Shown here: positions 50,650-61,286 of the stretch, piece after piece
Position numbering within the stretch: the stretch's first letter is position 1
Layout of the letters: each line of letters opens with the position of its first letter
Assembly (NCBI GenBank): GCA_043818835.1
Contig: JBDRFK010000010.1
Location: forward strand, 9,507 to 73,506
DNA length: 64,000 nt
Direction: 5' to 3'
DNA from: a bacterium
GTDB lineage: Bacteria; Patescibacteriota; Minisyncoccia; Portnoybacterales; UBA2143
Notes under the pieces: generated by a model
What the model was told of the DNA's origin: nothing
Database searches by the model: none
What the model saw: the letters and a program-made list of their open reading frames with translations, nothing else
Position numbers and translations under genes: made by a program

Positions 50650-51789
50650 ATGACGATTGGAATAGATATCAGAGTTTTAGCCAAGGGGACAAGAACGGGG
50701 GTAGAGGAATATACGATAAATCTTTTATCTCATCTTTTGCCTTTAGATAAAACTGTAAAATACAAATTATTTTATAATGCTTTTCATAAACCAATCTTAG
50801 ATTACGATTGGTTAAATTTGGATAATGTGGAATTATGCAATTTTATAATTCCTAATCGCGCTTTCTTTGGAATGACACGATATTTAAATCAACCTAAGGT
50901 TGATAAATTATTGAAGGGTGTTGATGTATATTTCAATCCACATTTTTTTAATGCGCCAGTTTCAAAAGAATGTCGCAAGGTGGTAACTTTTCATGATTTG
51001 TCTTTCAAACGTTATCAATACTATTTTTCAAAAAGAAAAAGATTATGGCAAATTTTTTTAATGAATGCTAAACGCGAAGCACAGACGGCTGATAAAATTA
51101 TTGCTGTTTCAGAATCAACTAAAAATGATTTAGTAAATCTATGTAAAATTAATTCAGATAAGATACAAGTAATTTATTCAGGAGTTGGTTTACAAAGGTT
51201 AGGTCTTTGTAAAAATAAAGGCTTAACCTTTGTAAAAAATAAATATAATTTGCCTGATGATTATGTTTTATACTTTGGCACCATTGAACCTCGTAAAAAT
51301 ATTATCGGCTTGATAAGGGCTTTTGAATTATTAAAAACCAAATATAATTTTCCAAATCTTAAATTGGTTTTAGCGGGATCAATGGGGTGGCTTTATGGTG
51401 ATGTTATTAGAACAGCAAAAAAATCAACATATAGTCAAGATATTTTTTTTACTGGTTTTGTTGAGGAAACAGATAAACCATATTTATATAAATTAGCTGA
51501 TTTATTTGTTTATCCGAGCTTTTTTGAAGGTTTTGGTTTTCCGCCATTGGAAGCAATGGCTTGTGGCGCGCCGGTAATTACATCAAATAATTCTTCTTTG
51601 CCCGAAGTTGTGGGTGATGCCGCTTTGATGGTAGATGCTTATAGATATGGCGATATGGCGTGGGGAATGAATGAGATTTTAACTAACCAACAGATTTATG
51701 ACAGAATGATTAAAAAGGGCTTTGAACAGGTAAAAAAGTTTTCGTGGAAAAGGTGCGCCGAGAAAACATTAAAAACTTTATGCGAATAG
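50650..51789 (+). CDS. family 4 glycosyltransferase
   Basis: [23 protein letters not shown]. Confidence 0.8.
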   Translation: MTIGIDIRVLAKGTRTGVEEYTINLLSHLLPLDKTVKYKLFYNAFHKPILDYDWLNLDNVELCNFIIPNRAFFGMTRYLNQPKVDKLLKGVDVYFNPHFFNAPVSKECRKVVTFHDLSFKRYQYYFSKRKRLWQIFLMNAKREAQTADKIIAVSESTKNDLVNLCKINSDKIQVIYSGVGLQRLGLCKNKGLTFVKNKYNLPDDYVLYFGTIEPRKNIIGLIRAFELLKTKYNFPNLKLVLAGSMGWLYGDVIRTAKKSTYSQDIFFTGFVEETDKPYLYKLADLFVYPSFFEGFGFPPLEAMACGAPVITSNNSSLPEVVGDAALMVDAYRYGDMAWGMNEILTNQQIYDRMIKKGFEQVKKFSWKRCAEKTLKTLCE

Positions 51790-52979
51790 GAATTGATGCT
51801 CGATTTTACGGGCCTAAAAAACAAAAAGGACTTGGTCGTTATCTACAGGAATTAATTACCGAGTTAGAAAAAATAGATACAAATAATGAGTTTGTTATTT
51901 TTTTGCGTTGTGAAAATTGGAACGACTATCAACCAATAAACAATAATTTCAGAAAAGTTTTGGCAGATTATCGTTGGTACACTTTTGCCGAACAAATTAT
52001 GATGCCGATTAAAATTTGGCGAGAGGATATAGATTTAATGCATTTTCCTCATTTTAACATTCCGATTTTTTGCCCAACTAAATTTGTAGTTACAATTCAT
52101 GACTTGATTTTAAAACATTTTCCAACACGACGCGCTTCAACGCTTGGGCCGATAATGTATAGGATTAAAAACTGGGGATATGAGATTACAATTTGGTTGG
52201 CGGTCAGGAGGTCGCAAAAAATCATTGCTGTTTCAGAATTTACCAAACGAGATATTTTGAATAACTTTAATGTTGCTGATAACAAAATTAAAGTTATTTA
52301 TGAGGGGGTGTTATCTCCTGTCATTCCCACTCCCTTTGTCATTCCCGCTAAAGCGGGAATCCAGAATGTAGATTTACGCTTTTCCGCCAAAGGGCGGACA
52401 TGGCGCGGGAATGACAAAGAAGAAGGTAGGAGTAACGAAATATACTTGCTTTATGTAGGCAATGCATATCCTCACAAAAATTTAGAAAGATTGATTTTGT
52501 CGTTTGATAAATTATCAGGTGATTATCCTGATTTAAAATTAGTTTTAGTTGGCGAATTAGATTATTTTTACAAACGGCTTCAGGAATATGTTTCAGGTTT
52601 TAATCCTAAGACCACAAATAATATAATTTTTACTGATCTCGTGTCGGACAATGAATTAAATAATTTATACAAAAATGCTTCTTTATATGTTTTTCCTTCA
52701 GAATACGAAGGGTTTGGGTTACCGCCCTTAGAGGCGATGTCTTGTGGCTTGCCAGTAGTTTCTTCTAATGCCAGTTGTTTGCCAGAAATTTTAGGTAATT
52801 CGGCAATTTATTTTAATCCGGTCAGTGTTGATGATATGGTCGACAAAATTAAAAAAGTTTTTAATAATAGAGCTATAAGAAAGGATTTAATCGAGAAAGG
52901 ATATCAGCAAATTAAAAAATATAATTGGCAGAAAATGACAAAAGCAATAAGGAGGATCTATGCCGAAGAGAAGATATGA
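51780..52979 (+). CDS. family 4 glycosyltransferase with in-frame palindromic-element insertion (52319-52415)
   Basis: [24 protein letters not shown]. Inserted [33 protein letters not shown] is encoded by tgtcattccc...cgcttttccgccaaagggcggaca...gggaatgaca. Confidence 0.8.
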   Translation: MRIGIDARFYGPKKQKGLGRYLQELITELEKIDTNNEFVIFLRCENWNDYQPINNNFRKVLADYRWYTFAEQIMMPIKIWREDIDLMHFPHFNIPIFCPTKFVVTIHDLILKHFPTRRASTLGPIMYRIKNWGYEITIWLAVRRSQKIIAVSEFTKRDILNNFNVADNKIKVIYEGVLSPVIPTPFVIPAKAGIQNVDLRFSAKGRTWRGNDKEEGRSNEIYLLYVGNAYPHKNLERLILSFDKLSGDYPDLKLVLVGELDYFYKRLQEYVSGFNPKTTNNIIFTDLVSDNELNNLYKNASLYVFPSEYEGFGLPPLEAMSCGLPVVSSNASCLPEILGNSAIYFNPVSVDDMVDKIKKVFNNRAIRKDLIEKGYQQIKKYNWQKMTKAIRRIYAEEKI

Positions 52980-53300
52980 AATAGGTGAGAGATATAGGTA
53001 TTAAAGATTAAATAAGTACTATATAGTATTAGCGATGGTTTCAGGATTTGGAGGTGCTTTATTGCTTGCGGTGAGTAATAATTCTATAATTCATATTGTT
53101 ATATTTATTCTTATAATTGCGTTGAATGATGACTAATTGTATTCTTAATTAGTTCTTAAACAATATAATATCATAATAAAATTTAAATCTTAAATGGGTC
53201 AAAAAAGCAGATTATAGACTAATCTGCTTTTTTATTTTTGTGTTTTTGTCCACAGGGTTTGTTCTATGGTATAATTAAAGTGAAAAAGTAAAGAATAATT

Positions 53301-56300
53301 ATGCCGAGCTATTCCGTAAAAAATAAAAAAAGGCTTGTCTTTTCGGCGTTGTTTGATGTCCGTCCAACAACACAAGTTGGTGATTTAGATGTGGTAAAAA
53401 TAAGACAATCTAAACGAATTTTGGATTTACGTGGTCTTAAAAATGCGCAAGAGGAAGAATTGCGACGTAAGGCGATAAGAATAGATTTAATTGAAGAACC
53501 AATAGATCCAAACAAAGGATTAAGCGCAGGTGATCAAATAATATTAGATCGCTTAGAAGCTGATATGGGCACAGATGAAACTGTGCAAAGAGTGTTTCAA
53601 TTATCTAAGATAGAAGAATCAATAAATTCGCAGACACAACCAGCGCCAACACAAATACAAGAAGTTGCAAAAAAAACCTTTATTACACCTAAGCCCGAGG
53701 CAAATATAAAAAAAGAAATTCTTAAAGCAAAACCAAAGAAGCTAACATATCAAATTTCAGAAGAAGAATTAAATAATTTAGATAATGAGTTTGGATTTGA
53801 AACAAATAACAAAAGTACTATCAATAGGCCAGTTTTGGTTAATAGTGAAGAAGATGAGATTGTTTCGTCAGCTGTGGCTCCTCGCAATGACAGTGAAGGT
53901 GAGGGTGATAACGGAGAAAAGAATGCAGTAAAGGAATATTCTAACATACCTGCTATTGAACCAATTAGGAGTCCAATTTTAGTCAGTGATCAGTGTATAG
54001 AAAGATTGCCAACAAAAGAAGAAGTTCTGGCTGATTTAGAAAAAATAGATAATTTAGATATAATACTGAACGATGATCAAAATGTTTTAATAGAAGATAA
54101 TAATGGGAAAGACTTTGTTGTTAGTGCTATTGTCGGCGACCAAAGCAGGATAAAGATAATTAAAAAGCAATTGGAATCAAAAAATATTTCTGATTTAGAA
54201 AAGATTTATTTTCAGGAAGATGGTAGAGATAGTGTATTGATGGATAAAAATATCTTTCAGAAACCGTCTCCAAGAATTAATAATGATCAGGATGAGGTAT
54301 TTGAAGAAGAACCACAGAGTAAATTACAATGGAAAACTCAGTTGGCTAACCATAGTCAATCTTATTGGCCACGATCTTTGACAGGCTTTATAATTACGGG
54401 CATATTAGTGGCTTTAATAATTCCTGGGGCAACGCTGTTAAGTCGAGGATTGGCGATAAAAAGCGAGGTTGTTAATAACGGCGTGGCAGCTATCGGGAAT
54501 TTAATAGCAGCCAAACATTCGGTTGAAGAAACTAATTGGGAGGTGGCTGAGAGAGATTTTGGTTTGGCGCATCAAAACTTTATTCAAGCTAATTCCGAAA
54601 TTGGTAAATTAGGTAAAATAACATTGGGTATTTTGGAACATATGCCGGGCGGTTCTTTAGTTTCGTCTGGTAATCATCTGGTTGGTGTCGGAGAAAATCT
54701 GGCAGAGGCTGGTCAGAAATTATCTTCAGCGGTTGGTTTATTTTCTTTTGACACATGGCTAAGTGAAATTAATATTTCTGAAGAGGACGACAAAGATAAC
54801 AAGACATTAGCAGTAAAAAATAATTCTCTTACTGATATTTTGAGTTCTGGTTATGGTAATTTGGAAGATGCTTTGGAAAATATTCATTTGGCTAATGATG
54901 AATTAAATAAGGTAGATGTTAATTCTTTACCTGTAGAAATGCAAGGAGAAGTGCTTTTATTGAAAGATAAATTGCCGGTTGTGGAAGAGTTATTGAACGG
55001 CGCGGTATCATATTCAAAAGTTCTATTAAAAATTATGGGGAATGACAATCCGCGTCAATATCTATTGTTGTTTCAGAACAACGGCGAGGCGCGAGCGACG
55101 GGTGGCTTTATCGGTACGTATGGGTTATTAAAAATTTATCAAGGTGAGATAAGGCAGCTTTTTATTGATGGTGTTTTTAATGCTGATGGGCAATTGCGAG
55201 AGAAAATTATTCCACCAAAACCAATACAAAAAATTAGCACGGCATGGTCAATGCATGATGCTAACTGGTTTGCCGATTTTCCAACTTCTGCAGAAACAGT
55301 GTCTTGGTTTTATGAAAAAACTGGTGGGCCGACAGTTGATGGTGTGCTCAGTTTTACGCCAATAGTTATAGAGCGTTTACTGGCTATAACTGGCGAGATT
55401 GCTATGCCCGAATATGATGTAATTTTAACGGCTGATAATTTTGTAGAGTTGATACAATACAAAGTAGAAATAGATTATGACAAAGAACTTAATCGTCCTA
55501 AAAAGATTTTGGCTGATTTTGCTCCTAAATTTATTGAAAGATTGAATCAATTGCCTAATGATAAACAAAAAGAAGTAATCAAGGTAATTATAGACTGTTT
55601 AGTCGAAAAGCATATAATGTTTTATTTTAAAGATAGTGATTTAGAAGAATTTACTGTTAATGAGGGTTGGGGTGGACAAGTTTTAGATGCTGATAAAGAT
55701 TATCTTAGTGTTATATCATCCAATATTAATGGGTTTAAGACTGATAGAGTAATTAAGGAGACAATAAATCATCAGGCAGAAATTCAAGATGATGGTTCTA
55801 TAATTGATACGGTGCAAATTACACGTAAGCACGAGGGTGGTGATTTGGAATATGATTGGTGGAATAGGGTTAATGCAAACTATCTAAGAGTTTATGTTCC
55901 TCTTGGCAGCGAACTAATTTCTGCTGAAGGTCATAGTTTAGAATCTTATAATTCACCGATTGACTATGAGGAAAATAATTTCAAAACATATCCATCACTG
56001 AGTCTGATAGAGGATACGCAAAAAACAGATAAAAAGACTGGGACACAAATATTTACTGAAAGTGGCAAAACAGTGTTTGCTAACTGGGCGTATGTTAGTC
56101 CTGGGGAAACTGTGGTTTTGACGTATAAATACAGATTGCCATTTAAAATTAACTTGACCAAATCGGCTGATAGTTATAGTTTGATAGCGCAGAAACAATC
56201 TGGAAGTTTAGGAAGTAATTTTAAATATTCTTTACGGTATCCAGCTGATTGGAATGTATCTTGGCAATATCCGAACGATTTAACGTTATCATCAGGAATT

Positions 56301-56360
56301 GTGAATTATGTTGGTGATCTTGCAAAGGACAAGTTTTTAGGTGTAACTTTTAGTTTTTAA
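53301..56360 (+). CDS. large envelope-associated protein, DUF4012-like (low-complexity N-terminus, one TM helix, ~650 aa extracytoplasmic domain)
   Basis: TM helix FIITGILVALIIPGATLL. Motif LLLFQNNGEARATGGFIGTYG is characteristic of the DUF4012 family (recalled, not searched). Sits next to murJ. Confidence 0.55.
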   Translation: MPSYSVKNKKRLVFSALFDVRPTTQVGDLDVVKIRQSKRILDLRGLKNAQEEELRRKAIRIDLIEEPIDPNKGLSAGDQIILDRLEADMGTDETVQRVFQLSKIEESINSQTQPAPTQIQEVAKKTFITPKPEANIKKEILKAKPKKLTYQISEEELNNLDNEFGFETNNKSTINRPVLVNSEEDEIVSSAVAPRNDSEGEGDNGEKNAVKEYSNIPAIEPIRSPILVSDQCIERLPTKEEVLADLEKIDNLDIILNDDQNVLIEDNNGKDFVVSAIVGDQSRIKIIKKQLESKNISDLEKIYFQEDGRDSVLMDKNIFQKPSPRINNDQDEVFEEEPQSKLQWKTQLANHSQSYWPRSLTGFIITGILVALIIPGATLLSRGLAIKSEVVNNGVAAIGNLIAAKHSVEETNWEVAERDFGLAHQNFIQANSEIGKLGKITLGILEHMPGGSLVSSGNHLVGVGENLAEAGQKLSSAVGLFSFDTWLSEINISEEDDKDNKTLAVKNNSLTDILSSGYGNLEDALENIHLANDELNKVDVNSLPVEMQGEVLLLKDKLPVVEELLNGAVSYSKVLLKIMGNDNPRQYLLLFQNNGEARATGGFIGTYGLLKIYQGEIRQLFIDGVFNADGQLREKIIPPKPIQKISTAWSMHDANWFADFPTSAETVSWFYEKTGGPTVDGVLSFTPIVIERLLAITGEIAMPEYDVILTADNFVELIQYKVEIDYDKELNRPKKILADFAPKFIERLNQLPNDKQKEVIKVIIDCLVEKHIMFYFKDSDLEEFTVNEGWGGQVLDADKDYLSVISSNINGFKTDRVIKETINHQAEIQDDGSIIDTVQITRKHEGGDLEYDWWNRVNANYLRVYVPLGSELISAEGHSLESYNSPIDYEENNFKTYPSLSLIEDTQKTDKKTGTQIFTESGKTVFANWAYVSPGETVVLTYKYRLPFKINLTKSADSYSLIAQKQSGSLGSNFKYSLRYPADWNVSWQYPNDLTLSSGIVNYVGDLAKDKFLGVTFSF

Positions 56361-56366
56361 TTATCA

Positions 56367-57965
56367 ATGATAAAAAAACTTCTTAATAATAAAATAAGCA
56401 CTATTACTATGGCCGCTGTCGTTTTGGGAGCGGCTTCTTTTTTGAGTCGTCTTATTGGTCTTTTTAGAGATAGAATTCTATTGAATATGTTTGGTACGGG
56501 TAGAGAGTTGGATATATATTATGCCGCTTTTCGTATTCCAGATTTTGTTTACGCTTTTTTTATCTTAGGTGTTATCTCGGCAGGCTTTGTTCCTGTGTTC
56601 ATTCATTATCTTCAAAAAGATAAAGAAAAATCGTGGTATTTGGCTAATAATATTTTGAATCTAATTGCTATTGTTTTAATAGTGGTTTGTTTAGTTTTAG
56701 TATTTTTTGTTCCTTATATTGTTCACTTGGTGGCACCCGGGTTTGAAAAAGAGAGCGCAGATATGACAATCAAATTGGCTCGGATTATGTTTTTAAGTCC
56801 GATATTTTTAGGCATCAGCGCTGTTTTCAGTGGGATTTTACAAAGCTTCCGTCGGTTTCTTATATATTCATTAGCGCCGATTATGTATAATTTGGGAATA
56901 ATTTTTGGCGCATTATTTTTGGTAAAATATTTTGGTTTAATTGGTTTGGCTTACGGCGTCGTTCTGGGTGCTTTTTGTCATATGATGATTCAAATTCCGA
57001 CAGCAATTTTTTGTGGGTATAAATGGCGTCCAATATTAAACTTAAAATTTGATGGATTGAAAAGAGTATTAAAGTTAATGCCACCACGGTTTTTGAGTTT
57101 GATTTTTTATCAAATTACTTTCTGGGTTTTTACGGCTATTGCGTCGTTATTGGCAGTGGGGAGCATAGTAATTTATAATACGGCTTATAATATTTTTAGT
57201 TTTCCATTAGGTATATTTGCCTTATCTTATGCAGTGGCGGCTTTTCCGAAATTGTCGGAAAGCGCACAAAAAAAAGATAAGCGAGAATATGTTCGGACTT
57301 TTTCGGCTACCGCACGACAAATATTGTTCTTTATTATTCCAGTTGCGGTTTTGTTTATTATCTTAAGATTACAAATAATTCAGGTGCTATTTTCTGGAGG
57401 TAAGTTTAGTTGGCAAGATACAATGCTGATTGGACAGACTTTGATGTATTTTTGTATTGGTCTTTTTGCAGAAGGTTTGGCTTTGTTTCTGTTGCGTGGG
57501 TTTTTTGCATGGGAAGACACAATAACGCCCTTTGTATTGGCGTTTATTACTATGGTAATTCGTATAGCCAGTGGTTGGTATCTGACCAGATTTTTTGGGG
57601 TTGCTGGTTTGTCTTTAGGATTTGCTATTGGTAGTATTTGTTTTTTTGTGTTGCTTTTAATTTGTTTAAGAAAAAAGGTGGGATTATTGGATGGTAAAAA
57701 TATTTTTAATTCAGCAATTAGAATTGCTATTGCAACATTATTTGCGGGTGGCGTGTCATATTTTATATTAAATCTTTTGACTATAAAAATTCCGGCTATT
57801 GTTCCAATAATGATGCTTTTGAAAGGTGGTATCGCAGGCATTTTAGGTGTTATTATCTATTTTGTTTTTGCTTGGATTTTAAAAATTCCAGAATTTTATT
57901 TATTTGTTTCCTCTTTATCAAGAAAATTGTCTATAAAAAAACTTCCGCCACGACAGGAGATATAG
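56367..57965 (+). CDS. murJ: lipid II flippase MurJ
   Basis: 532 aa, 14 TM helices; N-terminus ASFLSRLIGLFRDRILLNMFGTG...YYAAFRIPDF is typical of MviN/MurJ. Confidence 0.9.
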   Translation: MIKKLLNNKISTITMAAVVLGAASFLSRLIGLFRDRILLNMFGTGRELDIYYAAFRIPDFVYAFFILGVISAGFVPVFIHYLQKDKEKSWYLANNILNLIAIVLIVVCLVLVFFVPYIVHLVAPGFEKESADMTIKLARIMFLSPIFLGISAVFSGILQSFRRFLIYSLAPIMYNLGIIFGALFLVKYFGLIGLAYGVVLGAFCHMMIQIPTAIFCGYKWRPILNLKFDGLKRVLKLMPPRFLSLIFYQITFWVFTAIASLLAVGSIVIYNTAYNIFSFPLGIFALSYAVAAFPKLSESAQKKDKREYVRTFSATARQILFFIIPVAVLFIILRLQIIQVLFSGGKFSWQDTMLIGQTLMYFCIGLFAEGLALFLLRGFFAWEDTITPFVLAFITMVIRIASGWYLTRFFGVAGLSLGFAIGSICFFVLLLICLRKKVGLLDGKNIFNSAIRIAIATLFAGGVSYFILNLLTIKIPAIVPIMMLLKGGIAGILGVIIYFVFAWILKIPEFYLFVSSLSRKLSIKKLPPRQEI

Positions 57966-57997
57966 AGTCCTCGTAGAGTACTCCACGAGGACTCTAT
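57962..57997. repeat. 36-bp palindrome ATAGAGTCCTCGTAGAGTACTCCACGAGGACTCTAT (second copy of the element at 13226)
   Basis: Differs from the 13226 copy by a single central T/C. Overlaps the murJ stop codon. Confidence 0.8.
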
Positions 57998-58053
57998 TAT
58001 GCATAGACTAATTATGCCATCTACGCTATTATTTCGAGAAAGAATTTTTACTA

Positions 58054-58152
58054 TGTCATCCTGAGGCAGTAGCCGAAGGATCTCGTGGGAAAAACATAAT
58101 CGTTGTTTGTCTACGGGATTGCCGAGATCCCTACTGGTCACTCGCAATGACA
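58054..58152. repeat. palindromic mini-element copy J (TGTCATCCTGAGGCAG...CACTCGCAATGACA)
   Basis: 99 bp; internal gggattgccgagatccc is shared with copy A. Confidence 0.8.
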
Positions 58153-58234
58153 GAAGAAAGAGAGTTTTTTGGTTCACGTTGTGTGATTTAATTTATAACG
58201 AAATCGCCGCGGGCTTTGCCCGCGGCGAGATGTT

Positions 58235-59014
58235 TTACATATCAAGATTATTACATATATCTCCCAATAAGATATTTTGATTGTTAAGAAGAGTTATTAT
58301 ATCACATAGATTGTTCAAAATTTCTTGATGCTTGAAAAACATCCTGGCAAGGTTTGACAAAGTATTTCTGAAATTCGCTACTTTTGATATATCAGAAATC
58401 ATAAACTTGTTATTCCCAATTTCAGATAATTTTAATGAATTATCTTTTTTATTTTCTGAAAACACAAACAAACAAGTGAATAATTTTGTTAAATTATCTA
58501 AGAACTTTGGTTGAATTTCTTTTTCGTGATCCAAGTCTTTATGGAGTAATATTCTTAGGAGCATGTCTATGCCGGCCTTATCTTCTTGAAATATTCCTTT
58601 GTCAAAAACAGGATAAATAGTAGTATTAATCTTTAAGGTAATCAGATCAAAGTGTCTATTAAAACCTCCTTTAATGATTGATTGTTCTTTAAAATGAAAT
58701 TCACCTAAAAAGGAATTATTGTCTATAAGAATACTATCAATATTATCACTACCATTATAACTAAGAAAATTTACGAATGTTTTTTCTAACATATTTCTTA
58801 TAGATAGTTTAGTTGCAATTTCAACTTCTGCTGGTATGTTTTTATGTTTTATCCAGTTAAAAATTTCTGTTAATTGTTTGAAACTTTTCAAATCTTCTCC
58901 GTCTAACAATAAAATATTTTTGTAAAATATTTTATCTATAATTACATTGCTTTCATTACCGACAATTTTAATAGCCATTCTATCCTCCTTATATATAAAA
59001 ATGTTAAGTTGCAA
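58235..59014 (-). CDS. hypothetical protein (259 aa, no recognisable domain)
   Basis: ORF only; AT-rich and island-like. Flanked by repeat elements. Confidence 0.45.
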   Translation of the reverse strand: MQLNIFIYKEDRMAIKIVGNESNVIIDKIFYKNILLLDGEDLKSFKQLTEIFNWIKHKNIPAEVEIATKLSIRNMLEKTFVNFLSYNGSDNIDSILIDNNSFLGEFHFKEQSIIKGGFNRHFDLITLKINTTIYPVFDKGIFQEDKAGIDMLLRILLHKDLDHEKEIQPKFLDNLTKLFTCLFVFSENKKDNSLKLSEIGNNKFMISDISKVANFRNTLSNLARMFFKHQEILNNLCDIITLLNNQNILLGDICNNLDM

Positions 59015-59050
59015 TTTATTTTAGAATAAAGTATGATTAGGTATATGTCA

Positions 59051-60865
59051 ATGAAAAATATTAGGAATTTTTGTATCATTTCTCATATTGATCACGGGAA
59101 GTCAACTTTGGCTGACCGGCTTTTGGAATTGACTGGGACTGTTGAGAAGAGAAAAATGCAAAATCAAGTTTTGGATATGATGGATTTGGAAAGAGAGAAG
59201 GGGATTACGATTAAACTACAGCCAGCAAGGATGGAGTATCAACTGCCACGTCATTCTGAGGGAGCGAAGCGACCGAAGAATCTTGCGCTTATTCGGCGGG
59301 ATTCTTCACTTTTAGCTCAGAATGACGGACAACAGGATGACAAATTCATTCTCAATTTAATTGATACACCGGGTCATGTTGATTTTACTTACGAAGTTTC
59401 AAGAAGTTTAGCAGCGGTGGAGGGCGCTGTTTTATTGGTGGATGCAACACAAGGAATACAGGCGCAGACATTGGCAAATCTGCATTTAGCGCAGAAGCAG
59501 GGTTTGGTGATTATTCCTGTGATCAACAAAATTGACGCGCCTGCGGCGCGCCCAGATGATATTGCTTTAGAAGTTGCGCAATTATTGGATATTGAACCAG
59601 ACGGGATTATTAGAATATCAGCAAAAAATGGAATAAATATAGAACAAGTTGTTGAGGCAATAGTTGAAAAAATTCCAGCGCCAGAAGGTGATGAGAATCA
59701 ACCATTGCAAGCCCTAATTTTTGATTCTAATTATGATTCTTATCAAGGTGTCATTGCTCATGTTCGTATTAAAAACGGGCAAGTAAAAAAAGACCAGAAA
59801 ATTTTTATGAAAGCGTCGCAGGCTACTTCTGGTATTATTGGCATAGGAATTTTTAAACCACGACCTCAAGAGAAAGAAAATTTAACAGCGGGTGAGATTG
59901 GATATATTGCCACAGGATTAAAGGACATCAATATTTGTCGGGTGGGTGATACGATTACTTTGAATAATAATATAAAAGCATTGTCTGGATATCAAGAATC
60001 AAAACCGATGGTCTATGCTAGTTTTTTTCCTATTGATGGTGATGATTTTGATTTGTTGCATGATGCTTTAGGTAAACTGAAAATGAATGATGCGTCTTTG
60101 GATTTTGAATTAGAATCTTCTGATGCTTTGGGGCGTGGTTTTCGTTGTGGATTTTTAGGCTTGTTACATTTAGAAATTATCGGCGAGCGACTACGTCGTG
60201 AATATGATTTAAATTTAGTTATAACAGCGCCTTCGGTATATTATCGTTATACTGATAAATCTAAAACAGGTATGGAAGAGCCGTGGGTAAAATTGGAAGT
60301 TGTTTCTTCTAATGAATATTTAGGAGCAGTAATGAAATTATTAACAGAAGCGGAAGGAGAATATGTTAATACGGAATATTTAAATCCAGAAAAAGTATTA
60401 CTGACCTATAAAGCGCCATTGCGCGAAATTATGACTGATTTTTATGATAAATTAAAAAGCGCTACATCGGGCTATGCTTCTTTAGCTTATCAATTAGACA
60501 ATTATCGTGAAGCAGATTTGGTTAAGCTGGATATTGTAGTGGCTGGGGAAAAGGTAGAAGCTTTTTCCAGATTTGTGGCGCGCAATAAATCTTATCGTGA
60601 AGCAAAATTATTAGTCGAAAAACTAAAAGATTTAATTCCTTCTCATCAATTCAGTATTCCAATTCAAGGTATGGTGGGCAGTAAGGTGATTGCTCGTGAG
60701 ACAATTAAAGCGTTTAGAAAAGATGTTATTGCTGGTCTTTATGGTGGTGACTATACACGCAAAAGAAAACAATTAGAAAAGCAGAAAAAAGGTAAGAAAC
60801 GATTAAAACAATTCGGCAAAGTTTCTATTCCGCAAGAAGTATTTTTAAAGGCTTTAAAAAAATAA
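59051..60865 (+). CDS. lepA: elongation factor 4 (LepA) with a 26-codon in-frame palindromic-element insertion (59249-59326) in the G domain
   Basis: MKNIRNFCIISHIDHGKST, DTPGHVDF and the LepA C-terminal domain. PRHSEGAKRPKNLALIRRDSSLLAQND lies between G1 and G3 and has no counterpart in E. coli LepA. Confidence 0.9.
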   Translation: MKNIRNFCIISHIDHGKSTLADRLLELTGTVEKRKMQNQVLDMMDLEREKGITIKLQPARMEYQLPRHSEGAKRPKNLALIRRDSSLLAQNDGQQDDKFILNLIDTPGHVDFTYEVSRSLAAVEGAVLLVDATQGIQAQTLANLHLAQKQGLVIIPVINKIDAPAARPDDIALEVAQLLDIEPDGIIRISAKNGINIEQVVEAIVEKIPAPEGDENQPLQALIFDSNYDSYQGVIAHVRIKNGQVKKDQKIFMKASQATSGIIGIGIFKPRPQEKENLTAGEIGYIATGLKDINICRVGDTITLNNNIKALSGYQESKPMVYASFFPIDGDDFDLLHDALGKLKMNDASLDFELESSDALGRGFRCGFLGLLHLEIIGERLRREYDLNLVITAPSVYYRYTDKSKTGMEEPWVKLEVVSSNEYLGAVMKLLTEAEGEYVNTEYLNPEKVLLTYKAPLREIMTDFYDKLKSATSGYASLAYQLDNYREADLVKLDIVVAGEKVEAFSRFVARNKSYREAKLLVEKLKDLIPSHQFSIPIQGMVGSKVIARETIKAFRKDVIAGLYGGDYTRKRKQLEKQKKGKKRLKQFGKVSIPQEVFLKALKK

Positions 60866-60888
60866 AACCCCTTTTTGGGGTTTTGTTT
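60866..60888. terminator. intrinsic terminator after lepA
   Basis: aaaacccc-ttttt-ggggttttgttt. Confidence 0.7.
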
Positions 60889-60889
60889 A

Positions 60890-61000
60890 ATTGATTGCCT
60901 TTCGGCGCCTTGTCGCTATATATTTTCAAATTTAAGGAGGATTGAAAATAAATTAAGATAAAAGAGAAACAACAGAAACGACGGGCGCCGAAAGGCAATA
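60890..61000. other. long-range inverted repeat (ATTGCCTTTCGGCGCC...GGCGCCGAAAGGCAAT, 16-bp perfect arms plus a short GTCG/CGAC extension) enclosing a ~65-nt AT-rich loop with an SD-like AAGGAGG
   Basis: Read directly. Possible structured RNA, regulatory element or element termini. Confidence 0.5.
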
Positions 61001-61131
61001 TTTTATATAAATACTTCTTATCCTGATTATATACAAAGCAATAATTTTGTCAACTCCATATAAAAGGATACTCAATATTTATTGCAATAGGGCTGTTTTT
61101 AAAATACAATTATAGTGTAGTGGGGATTCTA

Positions 61132-61230
61132 TTAGAAAAAGAAAGGTGTTGCTAAAAAGGCTACCATTCCGATAGCAACTAAGGTCACGACGATTATTGT
61201 TATTATACGCATAACAATTTTACGATTCAT
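61132..61230 (-). CDS. possible 32-aa hydrophobic peptide (MNRKIVMRIITIIVVTLVAIGMVAFLATPFFF)
   Basis: Small ORF only; no clear SD. Confidence 0.2.
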   Translation of the reverse strand: MNRKIVMRIITIIVVTLVAIGMVAFLATPFFF

Positions 61231-61286
61231 AGGTTTTATAGTCATTCTTAATTAATATCTAAATAAATATTATCACAAATAGTTTA

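Noticed and set aside
53871-53895. Possible additional degenerate palindromic-element fragment (ctcgcaatgacagtgaagg) inside the DUF4012-like ORF
   Set aside because: Only one terminus-like 12-mer with no matching partner arm. Could be chance, so not counted among the copies.
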